From contig NC_045696.1 in the NCBI RefSeq assembly GCF_009834535.1, positions 33,110,001 through 33,174,000 on the forward strand: a DNA stretch of 64,000 nucleotides, read 5' to 3'. The position numbers were made by a program, and so were the translations under genes. The stretch comes from Camelus ferus. Its lineage: Eukaryota. Shown one piece after another: positions 63,416 through 64,000 of this stretch. Below the pieces are notes generated by a model that was given only the letters and a program-made list of their open reading frames with translations, was not told where the DNA came from and did no database searches. Every line of letters begins with the position of its first letter. The first letter of the stretch is position 1.

Positions 63416-64000
63416 GATCTTTTCCGTATTGAGTCATTCCTTTATTTGTTAATCTGCAAATTAAAATAGTTCAGAGTGGTGTCAGTGTGATTTTAGAACA
63501 AACTCAAGCAATGAATTCCTTTGTTAGTTCTTGGATGTAGGGCAGGTCATTCAAATATTCCAGATATACTGAGTGTTTTACATGCTGTCAAAATGAAAAC
63601 AGTATTTTTAAATATGATAGAGAACCTGTGAATTCTCTGTGACTTAGTTTACAGATGGTCCTGTTTGAGGAATGTTGCTGTTGCCACAGTGTACTATTTC
63701 TGTGATATCTAAAAGGTTAGCAGGTAATCATTTAAAATCACTGGGGATTTACAAGGTCAGCTTCAGCTTTAAAAAGAGAAGTGCCTGTGAGTATAGGTAG
63801 ATGCTGTACATGTGTATATAAGAAGGAGGATTCTAAACTCATGAGATTTTTGGTGGAGGAACATAATTTAAATATCCTTATTCTCTGTAAGAAAGTAAAC
63901 ACAGTTAAAACATTGTTATTCAAACCATATTTTGATATCTTTTTTGTAATTGCCTTAGGAATGACTTAGACTTGTATAAGCAAATCAACTCCATTACTTT

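Noticed and set aside
1541..63969. All supplied ORFs (60-132 aa) as genes
   Set aside because: They are short, often start at TTG/GTG, mostly overlap repeats or low-complexity DNA, and show no recognisable non-transposon domain.

Overview
This is AT-rich, CpG-depleted mammalian genomic DNA with no recognisable protein-coding gene, RNA gene or CpG island. It looks like a long intron or gene desert dominated by transposon fossils. One tRNA-Ala-derived SINE matching the camelid vic-1 type (62433-62582), together with the absence of Alu, B1, BovB/Bov-tA, PRE-1 or Can-SINEs, points to a camelid (inference). The window holds many LINE-1 copies, mostly on the minus strand, including a ~6 kb 3'-truncated copy and a twin-primed 5'-inverted copy. 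It also holds ERV1-type solo LTRs (three families each present twice in opposite orientation), MaLR/ERVL LTRs, an ERV-L pol remnant, L2/MIR fossils, hAT MITEs (MER5A, MER20, MER33) and microsatellites. The supplied ORFs are repeat-derived or chance. The best second-look items are retrotransposition architectures and a few splice-signal candidates, namely a possible recursive AG|GTAAGT site and microexons. I found no convincing new biological system. Repeat family names come from recalled consensus similarity, not a database search, and old-repeat boundaries are approximate.
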